A program made the position numbers and the translations under genes. The notes beneath the pieces were generated by a model, which made no database searches, was not told where the DNA came from, and worked only from the letters and a program-made list of their open reading frames with translations. Of a stretch of DNA of 64,000 bases, positions 31,790 to 42,500 are shown in pieces. This DNA comes from a virus (taxonomy: Duplodnaviria; Caudoviricetes), in the IMG/VR virus record IMGVR_UViG_2936984999_000001, positions 58,815 to 122,814 of that record; one strand, given 5' to 3'. Numbering within the stretch: position 1 is the first letter of the stretch; every line of letters begins with the position of its first letter.

Positions 31790-32734
31790 TTGGCTATATT
31801 TGGTTCTAGTTTTACATATAACGAAAAGTCTTCGGACGATTACGGAGTTATTCTTTGTGCTACAGAGGCAGTCGATTCAATTCCAATGGGACTTACAAGG
31901 GAAGGTTTAAAGGGAGAAATTACAAGTAGACGACCTGTAGCCAATTGGTATAATACAAAATATTCAGATGTACTTACATTTGATGTGACAATTACAAAAC
32001 CAGAAAATCGTGCATTTTCAAGGGAAGAAGTGAGAGATATTAACGCTTGGTTAACTGGACCACGTACACCTACTCTTCTATTTTTTGAGGATGAAGCATT
32101 TGACCCAATCAATTTTTATGGTGTGTTTACAGATGTAAACAATGTGTACGGAAGTGGTATTTTAATGCTTAAATATACGTTTACATCGAATTCACCTTAT
32201 GGATGGAGCAATGAATTTCAATACATATATAATAACTTGGAAGACAAAAAGTTGTCTGTTGAACAAGGAAGTGTTACAGGTAGTGGTAAGGATCTGGTTA
32301 TTGCTGTCCAGAATAATGGATACTTTAGTATAGAAAATAGTACAGACGAATTAAATGATTTTGTTTATCCTTTGATTGCTATAAATGCATATCCTGGACA
32401 TAAAGTTTCAATAGAAAACATTTCTGAAATATCTACTAATCTTCTATCTCATAAATTAGAGATTACAATTCCAGATAAAGTTGATTTTTCAACAATGCTT
32501 TACATAGATTCAAAATACCATAAGATTTATTACATAAATAATAATACAAAAGAAAAGGTTCCGCTCACGTTATCAGATCTTGGTTTTTCGTCAGAAAATC
32601 TCACAAATATAGATAATGGTTCTTTAGGTCTTTACTGGCCTCGTTTAATCCCAGGAAATAATAAATTTGATATAACAGGTGAATGTAATGTTGCTATGAC
32701 ATTCAGATGCCCAAGAAAGGTAGGTGCTTATTAA
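31790..32734 (+). CDS. Distal tail (Dit)-like protein
   Basis: SFTYNEKSSDDYGV, INAWLT, FTSNSPYGWS and RLIPGNNKF motifs; follows the TMP. Confidence 0.75.
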   Translation: MAIFGSSFTYNEKSSDDYGVILCATEAVDSIPMGLTREGLKGEITSRRPVANWYNTKYSDVLTFDVTITKPENRAFSREEVRDINAWLTGPRTPTLLFFEDEAFDPINFYGVFTDVNNVYGSGILMLKYTFTSNSPYGWSNEFQYIYNNLEDKKLSVEQGSVTGSGKDLVIAVQNNGYFSIENSTDELNDFVYPLIAINAYPGHKVSIENISEISTNLLSHKLEITIPDKVDFSTMLYIDSKYHKIYYINNNTKEKVPLTLSDLGFSSENLTNIDNGSLGLYWPRLIPGNNKFDITGECNVAMTFRCPRKVGAY

Positions 32735-35700
32735 TGACTTTTAATTATGACTACTTTGGGCTTACTGAACCGGCACGAATTTATTTGTGTAAAACAGATA
32801 ATACAATAATTTGTGAATTGAATGGTATTGATCTGCCAACTGTACCTTATACACGGCAGTTAAATAATTTTGACACGATACAATTTGATGTACACAAGTA
32901 TATAAACGGAGAAGAATCAAACGGATATGATCTGCTTGATGAAGCAATGTATATTTTGGTAGATGGTGTTGGATATTTTCGTATGTCCTATCCGGAAGTT
33001 TCAAATGATGGATTTGATGAATATAAAACGGTAACAGCTCAGTCATGTGAATGTGAGCTTGCATTGAAAACACTAAAGAACTTTAAAATCAATACAGGAG
33101 AGACAGACAGCCGTGAATATTTGATTAATGGCAATGTAAAAGAAACCGATGAAGGTGTTAAAGTAGCAGTTAAAAACATTATTTTATATGATGAACTGTA
33201 CAAAGATTTTTCATTACTTGATATTGCAATTGAAAAGGTTTTTGGATGGAAAATTGGTTGGGTTGATCAGGCAATAAGAGTAACAGAGGTTATAGAGACT
33301 AAAGTAAACGATGATGGAACTGTTACTACTACTTCACAAATGGTTGATTCTAAGCGGTCATTTGATATAGACTCAAAAAATGTATATGCATTTCTAACGC
33401 AGGATGTATCAAAGAAATTCGAATGTATTTTCGATTTTAATATTATGACCAGGACAATTAATGTATATAGCGTAAAAGATTACGGTAAGGATTCAAATGT
33501 ATTTATCTCTTATCGTAATTTGATTCAGACGTTGAATTATGCACCAGCTCAAGAAGATAATATTATGACAAGATTTGAAGTACGTGGTGGAGATGACCTT
33601 ACAATTGATGCAGTCAATTTTGGTTCTTCTACTATTGAGAATCTTTCTTATTATCTTAGTACAAAACATGTAAGTCAAGGGTTAATTGACAGATATAATC
33701 AATGGTTATCTAAGCTTGACGAAGCACGTAAAAAATACATGTATTACAATCGTCAGTACAGCTTATATATGGAAAAGCGTGATGAAATCAATCTTAGAGT
33801 TCCGAATGATGGGTTGAATAATAATTGGAAACAATTTACCGTAAAAGACCTTAGAACTATTAAAAAGAAGTATACTACATATATGGATGCACTGAAAGAT
33901 GTAAATCTTGGCTACTGGGATGAAAAAAACCAGAAGTGGCTTAATAAAGGTGCGGAGCAAGATTATATTGTATATCAGGGTATTCTTGAAATTATCGACA
34001 AAACCATTGAATATAAAAATAATACAGATCCTACACAGGATGATAAAAAGTCCAATGAAGTAGATGATTTGATTGAAGAATGGAATACAAATTGGGATCT
34101 GTTTGGTCTTCAAGAGTTAAAAACAAAAGAGAAAACATATCTGAATAATATTGATGCTTTAAAAGCTTATAAAAAGGCATGGAAAGATTTAAGTGAAGAT
34201 GAAAAAGGTCACTTAACAGAGTCCAATTATAATATTTCTCATAATAAGTATTTGAAGTATTGGGAATACGAATACGGAAAAGATGAAAATGGAAATTTAT
34301 ATACTGAACCAGAAAAAGGTGGATGTTCCGGTGCCATTAAGCAAAGACAAGGCGAGTATGATGATATTCAGAGACTAATGAATGGCTTTTCAAAAAATAT
34401 GTCCGAAGTTGCAGCAATTAATGATAAAGAAAACTGCGGCATATTTACAAAGGAAGACCTTGAAACATTAAATAAACTGTATAATGAGACAGATTATGTG
34501 AATGATAATATTATTACCATTTCTACAAACACTGCAGCAGAGATAATCAATACTCAATACGAATTATTCCAAGATGCAACAACAGAGCTTTCTAAGGTGT
34601 GTCAGCCACAATTATCTTTTACTCTTACAATGGATAATATTTTTGCTATTCCTGGATTTAAAGAATGGCAAGGAAATTTTGATATAGGTAATTTTATCCA
34701 TCTCTCATTTGATAAAGATGATCAGTATTTTTTAAAACTTCGTATCTCATCTCTCACCTTTAATCCATGCGTCATTGAAAATGATTTCCAGATTGAATTT
34801 ACGAACATGATCAGTTATAACGGTGGTCGTGATGACTTTGCTGTTTTACTTGATGATACAGTAAGCACAGCTAAAGACCAAATTACAGGATCTGTAAAAA
34901 GCAAATTAGATACATCCGGAATTGAAGTCTCAGACGCACTTATTAAGGCAATGGTGAGTTCAACCAGATTTTCAAATGCGGTATCTAACGGTGTGTTTGA
35001 TACAATAAATGCTAATACAGGTGCTTTCGGACAGGTTATATCAAAAATGGTTAATGCTAGAGATATGATGGCAAACAGTGGTCTTTTTGAAACAATTAAT
35101 GTTGATGCGACCACATCTAAACTCGTTCTTGCACTTGATATTAATGCGACACGTATATCTGCAGGTACTCTTTCTGTAGATAGACTTATCATTCGTGGTG
35201 AAAAGAATTCTATCATGTATTCGTTTAATGAAAGTCTTGGAGCTGTTGAATCAAAGAACATTCCACCAGAAGATTATGATAAGTATTACATGGGTGGTAA
35301 AAATATTCAGGCACATACTATTACTGCCGATCAGATTCTTGCAAATTCATTAACTGCATCTGAAATTACTACTGATGACTTACGTGGTATAAATGGATGG
35401 ATTAATCTTCATTCCGGTACTTTTACTTTCTATGGCAAATCAGAAAAGGTAATTATTGATGATATAAATAAGGATAAAAAACTCCTTGATAATTACATAT
35501 CTTCGTGGGAATCTCCAAGAGGAACTAGCGGTGATGATTTAAGATATAAAGAATCTATGAGTTTTTCACCTATCGGATTAAACCAGGAAAAGTTGAAAAG
35601 TAAGATTGAAGAGTTAAAACCGTATACTACTGATTCAAGTGAAGTTTTAACTACATTACAGAAAAGTACGTTAATAAGATTCCTTGGAGAATTGGACAAC

Positions 35701-37626
35701 TATATCATTTGGCTAAATGTAAATGACAAAATTTACAAAGAAAATAAATCTGCAAGTACATTAAATCAGATGACTCGAACAGATCTTGAAAAAGAGTTTG
35801 GAATCAATACTCTATCTGATGCAGAACGTACAACAAAGTATAATCTTATTAAAAATTATGTAGGTATTAAAGAAGCGTCAGAAGAAGACAATTCCGCAGG
35901 ACTTATGGCGTGGAACGGACAGACTCTTACTGTTCGTGGAGACATTATCGCCAACAATCTAGTGCTCGGAGCAGATGTAAAAATCCATGAAAGCAACATA
36001 GGTGATCTTACAAACTATATTACAACAAATGGACTTGAAAATAAATTAAAAGATTATTCTACTACAGAAGAAATAAAAAGTGGTGGACTTGCCTTTATTG
36101 TGTCTAACAATGGAGAGATAGGAAATTATGATTCTTCAATGCCTCTTCCAGACAACACAGAAGGTTATTTTCGTGTAAATACAAAAGGTTTAATGGTTGC
36201 ACAAAATGCAGTTATATACGGAAAGTTATATAGTTCAGAAGGTCTTATTGCCGGATGGAATATTACAGGTGATGCGTTATCTAAAGGAAGTGGATATGCG
36301 GTAGCAAACACTTCTAGCAGTAAAAATGCATATTTTGGTAATTCTGGATTAAGTATATCTGATAAATTTATTGTTGATAGCGAAGGTAATGTTAATGCAA
36401 AGTCAGGAACTTTTTCAGGGACTATATATGCATCAGCCGGAACTTTTTCTGGAGAGTTAAAGGCAGCGACAGGAAGTTTTAGTGGTAATATTACAGCATC
36501 AACAGGAAGTATTGGTCCATGGAATATAAATTCTGATGCTATTTATAAAGGAAATGGATATAATGCAGGAGTCCCTGGTAATGCATATTTTGGTAATTCT
36601 GGATTAAGTATATCTGATAAATTTATTGTTGATAGTGAAGGTAATATGACCGCAACTGATGCTACTATATCAGGAACAATCACCGCATCGTCTGGAAAGA
36701 TTGGGCTTTTCAATATTAGTAATGATGGTTCTATTTACAATAAACCATACGGCACAGCAGGAAGTGGATCTGATAGTTGTGGTCTTAGTGTAACTTCTGG
36801 AAAATATGCATTCTGGGCTGGAAGTGGAGCATTTTATGTAAATCAAGATGGTAGTATGCATTGCTCAAACGCAGATATTTTAGGTGGCATAACATCAAAG
36901 GGAAACAACACCATAACAGAATTAAGGAATGGACAATTATCTATGAAGTATGATTATGGAATAAGTGACGTAGAACCATTGCCAAAACTTTTAATGGGCC
37001 TCGATGGAAATAATGAACCATATTTGTATTTTTATTCTGTCGCCCCATATACAAGCGTTTCTATATCTGGTGGTATTATAAGAGGGACATTAAATGGAAA
37101 TGTTACTGGAGATGTTAGTGGTAATGTTAATGGATACATAATTAATTCAGAGTCAACAAGTTATCGACCTGCAATTTGTACATCAACAGATGATGGTGGA
37201 AAATATTATGTATCAATTATCAGAACTAACGTAGACAATAAAATTACAATTCGTGGAAAATGGGATTATCAAAAATTTGAGACAAGAACATTTCAACTTA
37301 CAACATCTGATAGGAGATTAAAAAGAAATATAAAAAACACCAATATCGACAATGCATTAAGCCAAATCTTAAAAATAAATCATAGAGAATTTATATGGAA
37401 AGAATCAAATAATTATATAGATTTAGGATATATTGCTCAAGAATTAGAAGATATAAACCCTAACATGGTAATAAAACCATCTGAAAGCAATGAACCATAT
37501 GGTGTAAATACATTCTATATGGAAAGTCTTATTACAAAATCAATCCAAGAAATGTATGCTGAATTAAAAGCAGAAAACAAGCAATTAAAGCAACGAATTG
37601 AATATTTAGAGCAACAAATCAACTAA
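32734..37626 (+). CDS. Tal/tail-tip protein with C-terminal peptidase S74-type chaperone domain
   Basis: Follows Dit; Gly-rich beta repeats; C-terminal TSDRRLKRNI..LGYIAQELE..coiled coil. Confidence 0.75.
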   Translation: MTFNYDYFGLTEPARIYLCKTDNTIICELNGIDLPTVPYTRQLNNFDTIQFDVHKYINGEESNGYDLLDEAMYILVDGVGYFRMSYPEVSNDGFDEYKTVTAQSCECELALKTLKNFKINTGETDSREYLINGNVKETDEGVKVAVKNIILYDELYKDFSLLDIAIEKVFGWKIGWVDQAIRVTEVIETKVNDDGTVTTTSQMVDSKRSFDIDSKNVYAFLTQDVSKKFECIFDFNIMTRTINVYSVKDYGKDSNVFISYRNLIQTLNYAPAQEDNIMTRFEVRGGDDLTIDAVNFGSSTIENLSYYLSTKHVSQGLIDRYNQWLSKLDEARKKYMYYNRQYSLYMEKRDEINLRVPNDGLNNNWKQFTVKDLRTIKKKYTTYMDALKDVNLGYWDEKNQKWLNKGAEQDYIVYQGILEIIDKTIEYKNNTDPTQDDKKSNEVDDLIEEWNTNWDLFGLQELKTKEKTYLNNIDALKAYKKAWKDLSEDEKGHLTESNYNISHNKYLKYWEYEYGKDENGNLYTEPEKGGCSGAIKQRQGEYDDIQRLMNGFSKNMSEVAAINDKENCGIFTKEDLETLNKLYNETDYVNDNIITISTNTAAEIINTQYELFQDATTELSKVCQPQLSFTLTMDNIFAIPGFKEWQGNFDIGNFIHLSFDKDDQYFLKLRISSLTFNPCVIENDFQIEFTNMISYNGGRDDFAVLLDDTVSTAKDQITGSVKSKLDTSGIEVSDALIKAMVSSTRFSNAVSNGVFDTINANTGAFGQVISKMVNARDMMANSGLFETINVDATTSKLVLALDINATRISAGTLSVDRLIIRGEKNSIMYSFNESLGAVESKNIPPEDYDKYYMGGKNIQAHTITADQILANSLTASEITTDDLRGINGWINLHSGTFTFYGKSEKVIIDDINKDKKLLDNYISSWESPRGTSGDDLRYKESMSFSPIGLNQEKLKSKIEELKPYTTDSSEVLTTLQKSTLIRFLGELDNYIIWLNVNDKIYKENKSASTLNQMTRTDLEKEFGINTLSDAERTTKYNLIKNYVGIKEASEEDNSAGLMAWNGQTLTVRGDIIANNLVLGADVKIHESNIGDLTNYITTNGLENKLKDYSTTEEIKSGGLAFIVSNNGEIGNYDSSMPLPDNTEGYFRVNTKGLMVAQNAVIYGKLYSSEGLIAGWNITGDALSKGSGYAVANTSSSKNAYFGNSGLSISDKFIVDSEGNVNAKSGTFSGTIYASAGTFSGELKAATGSFSGNITASTGSIGPWNINSDAIYKGNGYNAGVPGNAYFGNSGLSISDKFIVDSEGNMTATDATISGTITASSGKIGLFNISNDGSIYNKPYGTAGSGSDSCGLSVTSGKYAFWAGSGAFYVNQDGSMHCSNADILGGITSKGNNTITELRNGQLSMKYDYGISDVEPLPKLLMGLDGNNEPYLYFYSVAPYTSVSISGGIIRGTLNGNVTGDVSGNVNGYIINSESTSYRPAICTSTDDGGKYYVSIIRTNVDNKITIRGKWDYQKFETRTFQLTTSDRRLKRNIKNTNIDNALSQILKINHREFIWKESNNYIDLGYIAQELEDINPNMVIKPSESNEPYGVNTFYMESLITKSIQEMYAELKAENKQLKQRIEYLEQQIN
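36325..36645 (+). repeat. 66-bp direct repeat (36325-36390 and 36580-36645, one mismatch)
   Basis: Encodes NAYFGNSGLSISDKFIVDSEGN twice, 255 bp apart. Confidence 0.9.
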
Positions 37627-37691
37627 GAGCATTCTATAACAGGAATGCTCTTTTTATATTAAAAATTAAGATAAAAAGGAGAAAAACTACT

Positions 37692-38138
37692 ATGAAAATC
37701 ACAAACGCAGCTATTTACGATATTATTGAGGCAACTAAGAAATTCAGTAACGCTAAAGGCAAAACAGCATTCGTACTCTTCCGTGTACTTCGTAAACTTC
37801 AAGATGAAATTAAAGACTGTGATGATCAGAAAAATAAATTAATTCAGGAATATGGTAAAGAGGTAGAAGGTGGAATAGCTATTCCTAACGATGACAAAGA
37901 AGCTTATGAGAAATTTATGGCTAAATTCACTCCTATCCTTCTGTATCAGATTGATGTAGATATTCCACAGCTCACCGAGGAAGAATTTGATTCTCTTTAT
38001 GAGGTTGATGCACCTAACGCAACTATGAATGATTATGCTATTATTGACGCTTTTCTTGTAAAGAAACCGGAACCAGAAAAGAAAGAGGAAAAAGCAGATA
38101 CAGAACCTGATGAAACAAAAGAAGCTGCAGTTGAATAA
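37692..38138 (+). CDS. Hypothetical tail-associated protein
   Basis: RBS AAGGAG; 148 aa. Confidence 0.6.
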   Translation: MKITNAAIYDIIEATKKFSNAKGKTAFVLFRVLRKLQDEIKDCDDQKNKLIQEYGKEVEGGIAIPNDDKEAYEKFMAKFTPILLYQIDVDIPQLTEEEFDSLYEVDAPNATMNDYAIIDAFLVKKPEPEKKEEKADTEPDETKEAAVE

Positions 38139-38153
38139 ATTAAGGAGGCACAT

Positions 38154-38768
38154 ATGCGAAGTGTACTTGATATCACTTGCTATGAGTCTGATGGTGTTAC
38201 TAGAATAAATCATCTTACACAATGGGATAAAGGACAGACCATATGTTTTGAAACATTTGGTCTGACTTCTCCGCCTGTGATTCATTGGTGCAATAGAATG
38301 AGTGAAGAAGCACTTCAGGTTAAATCATCTTTGAAAAATAATAAATTTTATGTAGATGTCCCAAACTCATTGCTTCAAGAGCCATACCCTCTTATTGGAT
38401 ATATTTATATATCTGAATCAAATAGCACTTCTGAAACAGTCGCACAGATTCGTATTCCACTAAAACAAAGACAAAAACCATCAGATTATTATTATATAAA
38501 TAATGTAGATTTTGTAGTCAGTTATCAGGTTGGTTCTTTTGAATTTACAACTGGATCTACAGCTGGCGCAAAAACTTATACTTTAACATTCCCAAATAAA
38601 TTCAAATCTATTCCAGTCGTATTCGCGACAACTAATCAAACAGATCCCCAAAACTATGCCGTTTCAATAACAAATAAAAGTCAAACTGGTGCCACTATTT
38701 GTATTTATAACAATGAAAATGGGGTTGATAAAAAACTGACGGTTAGTTGGATGGCTATTATTCCGTAA
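38154..38768 (+). CDS. BppU-like baseplate protein with a lectin-like C-terminal module
   Basis: LTQWDKGQ, VDVPNSLLQ, RQKPSDY; C-terminal LTFPNKFKSIPVVFAT..VSWMAI. Confidence 0.6.
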   Translation: MRSVLDITCYESDGVTRINHLTQWDKGQTICFETFGLTSPPVIHWCNRMSEEALQVKSSLKNNKFYVDVPNSLLQEPYPLIGYIYISESNSTSETVAQIRIPLKQRQKPSDYYYINNVDFVVSYQVGSFEFTTGSTAGAKTYTLTFPNKFKSIPVVFATTNQTDPQNYAVSITNKSQTGATICIYNNENGVDKKLTVSWMAIIP

Positions 38769-38807
38769 ATTATATATTTGTTATTATTGTTAGAAAGGTG
38801 GTGTAAA

Positions 38808-39521
38808 ATGTACACTCTTAGAATTACAGATGACAATAATGTTATTACTACAGTAAAAGAAAGTCTGATGGAGAAAAGTAATTGTGTAAACTTCATTCAG
38901 ATTATTATTAATAAACTTTATAAAGAACAAATTGATATGACAGATACTACTGCTTATATGAAATATGTTCTTCCGGTTACAAAGAAAATTAAGATGACTC
39001 AGCTCATTGCAGATACAACAACTGATGAGAGTCATATTTTATATACTATTCCTGTAACAGCAAATATCTCTGCTGAACCAGGTGATATCGAGGTGTCATT
39101 TACTTTCTTAAAACTTGTTCATGATGAAGAATCTGATACTACCACTTCTTATGTTCGAAAAACTGAATCTGGACTTATCCACATTACAAAATTAGCACAG
39201 TTTGATAGTTATGAACCAAGTGAAATGTTAACTGAACTTGACCAGAGAATTCTTGCACTTATGGCAACTGCTGAAGATATTAAGAAACTTGGTCAGGCAA
39301 CTTATGACAATATGCCAATTGATATGAAACTTGATTCAGAAGCAAAGAAACTGACTCTTGTAAACGCTAATGGAAATACAGGTGATGGTGTTGGGATTGC
39401 AGACCTTTCAGACTCTATTGCAAAAGAACTTACAGGTACAGATCCAGATGGCACTCAAGATGGTGTTACACATATTGACAAAGTTACAGGCGTACAGAGT
39501 CTTGATGAATTATTAAAATAA
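38808..39521 (+). CDS. BppU-like baseplate protein
   Basis: RBS aaaggtgg; ISAEPGDIEVSFTF motif. Confidence 0.55.
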   Translation: MYTLRITDDNNVITTVKESLMEKSNCVNFIQIIINKLYKEQIDMTDTTAYMKYVLPVTKKIKMTQLIADTTTDESHILYTIPVTANISAEPGDIEVSFTFLKLVHDEESDTTTSYVRKTESGLIHITKLAQFDSYEPSEMLTELDQRILALMATAEDIKKLGQATYDNMPIDMKLDSEAKKLTLVNANGNTGDGVGIADLSDSIAKELTGTDPDGTQDGVTHIDKVTGVQSLDELLK

Positions 39522-39537
39522 AAGATGGAGGGAGAAC

Positions 39538-42500
39538 ATGTCATTTAAAGATTCAAAAGCACAAATATTGGCTAATTCAGCTTCCGATGATAGTGATATC
39601 TCTACCATGGAGGCTGATTTAGCCACTACTGCTGTTGTTGACGATGGATATGTATTATGTACAGATGGACGATATGTTATCTATGATGAATACTATGATA
39701 ATTCATATTCAACAGTGGATAAATTAAAAAATGTAACAGTAGACTCTTCACAGATTAATATTGTTCAGGAAACAAACAGTCAGTATATTCCATTCCGTAT
39801 TCCGAGATATTGGGATGGTATTGACCTGATGAAAATGCTGATTCAAATTAGATACGAAAATGTGTCTACTAAAAAAGGACAAGTATCTACAGCTGTAAAT
39901 GTTGCATCAAGTACAACAAATATTACGTTTGGTTGGTTAGTTGATCAGAATGTTACTGCTATCTCCGGTGATGTCAGATTTGAAATTATGGCAACTGGCT
40001 CAAACGAGAAAGGAAATACATACGTTTGGAGAACAAGACCAAATGGTAGACTTACTGTCCTTGAGGGATTAAATTATGATGGTATTGTTGAGCCATCAGA
40101 TGACTGGTATACAGGTTTTGTAACAACCATAATGGGTCATGTTAACGAAGCCAAAGAATACGCTGACCAGGCAAAAGCCTCTGCTGCATCTGTAGATGTT
40201 AATACTATTAAGGTGGACGTGAAAAAATCTGTAACAGCAGATGTGAACGCAAATCTTGCAGAAAATTATTATAACAAAACAGAGATTGATACTAAGGTTC
40301 GAGAACTCAATGATGCTATAGGCGGAATTGATAGCTTAAAAAATCTTAAGGTCGATTATGATAACACAACTGGAAGACTTGTATTTAAAGATGGTACTGT
40401 TATTCTGAAAACTATCACAATTAACAGTTTATCAAACTTAAATGTTACTTATGCCGTTGAAGGTGGTAAGGGTAAGCTTATTTTTAAAAATGGCGAAACA
40501 GAAATTCAGTCTGTGGAACTTAGCTCTATTGAACCGTCTGCACAGTGGACAGCTGCTTTTAAAGAAGATATTAACACAGGAGTTGATGCAAAAATCAGCC
40601 CTGTATCAGAAAAGGTAAACGCTGTGGAATCTTCAGTAACTGACCTTTCTAAAAAGGTTGAAACAAATACTTCTGATATTACATCGTTAAAAAAAAAGAC
40701 GACAGAACTTGAAAAAGCCGATGAAGTAATTCGTTCCACTGCTTCTGAGGCAAAAAATACAGCGGATATTTTAAAGCAGAATGTTGCCGACTATGATTCG
40801 CAGTTTAACACGATCAACGGTGACATTACCAATATTCAGGCTGATATTGATGAAATTAAAAAGAATCCAGCTGCATCTGAGTATGATGTAGATTATGTTG
40901 GTAGTACATTTAGTTGGATGAAAAATGGAGAAGTTCTTAAAACCTTTACTATTCAAAGTGGAGGTGGTGGCGGATCTGATACTTCAACAATTACAATTGA
41001 ACGTGTAACTCCTGCAGATGCAATTTTCTTACTTGGCGATAAAGCAGAAATCGAATACACATTTAGCTCTGTTGATAACACTGGCGATACAACTGGTGAT
41101 GGTACAGCTATTTGGAAAGTAGGAAATACAATTGTATCAACAACCACTGCTTCTCAGGGAACTAACAAGGTTGACTTAACAGAGCACTTATCAGTAGGAT
41201 CTAATCAGATTAGAGTTAGTATAACAGACAGTTTTGGAACAATGTCATATAAAACTTGGACTGTTACTATTGTTGAATTTAAGCTTGAAAGTACATTTGA
41301 TGATACGCTGATCTATACTGACACAGACGTAGTATTTAGATATACTCCTTATGGTAATGTAAATAAGACCATTCATTTTATACTGGATGGACAGGAATTA
41401 GATTCTGTAACAACACAGGCTTCTGGTCGTATTATGTCCTATAATATTTCAAAGCAGGAGCATGGTGCTCATTTCCTTAAAGTATATATGACAGCAACAG
41501 TAAATAATAAAGATATTACTTCTTCTACTATTTACAAGGATATTGTGTGTGTTGATCCGGCAAACAGAACTCCTATTATCGGATGCTCTCAGCAAGAATT
41601 TACTGCAAAACAATATCAGGCTACAAGCATTAAATATGTTGTTTATGACCCAGCTCATAATCCTGCTACCGTTAAGTTGTCTATTGATGGAAAAACTGTA
41701 TCTACGTTAACTGTAGACAGAACTGCTCAAGTTTGGAGCTTCAAGTCTTCTGAAATTGGTCAGAAAAATCTTACTATCTCATGTCAGAAAATCACGAAGA
41801 TTCTTACCGCACATATTGAAAAGCTAGATATAGATGTAAATCCAATTACTACAAATCTTGCATTTGATTTTAACCCAGTTGGTTTATCTAATGGTGATGA
41901 AAATAGACTTTGGAGTGATAAAAATCATCCAGAAGTTGCCTTAACTGTATCAGACAACTTTGACTGGGATAATGGTGGTTATCAGATTGACGATGAAGGA
42001 AATCAGTATTTCTGCGTAAAAGCAGGTACTACTGCTTCTATTAGTTATAATCTGTTTGCCAAAGACCCAAAACAAACTGGTGCTGAATTTAAGATTATTT
42101 TCAAAACTAAAAATGTAAGAAATGCTTCTGCCACTTTCTTGTCATGTCTCGATGGATTGGCAGATTCTAACATTGGACTTGAAATGAAAGTACATGAGGC
42201 AAACATTTATACTTCTACAGACGATCTTTATTTCCCATATTCCGAAGAAGATATTATTGAGTATGAATATAATATTAACTCAATTGATACTAAAAGTACA
42301 ACAGCAACATCTATTATCATGACATATGAAGATGGTGTTGGTGGTAGACCTATTATTTATGATAATTCACATAGATTACATCAGTACACTCCTGCTCCAA
42401 TTTCTATCGGATCTCCAGACTGTGATGTGTTGATTTACAGGATAAAAGCTTATAGTGCAGCATTAACTGATTCTGATGTTTTATCTAACTTTATTGCAGA

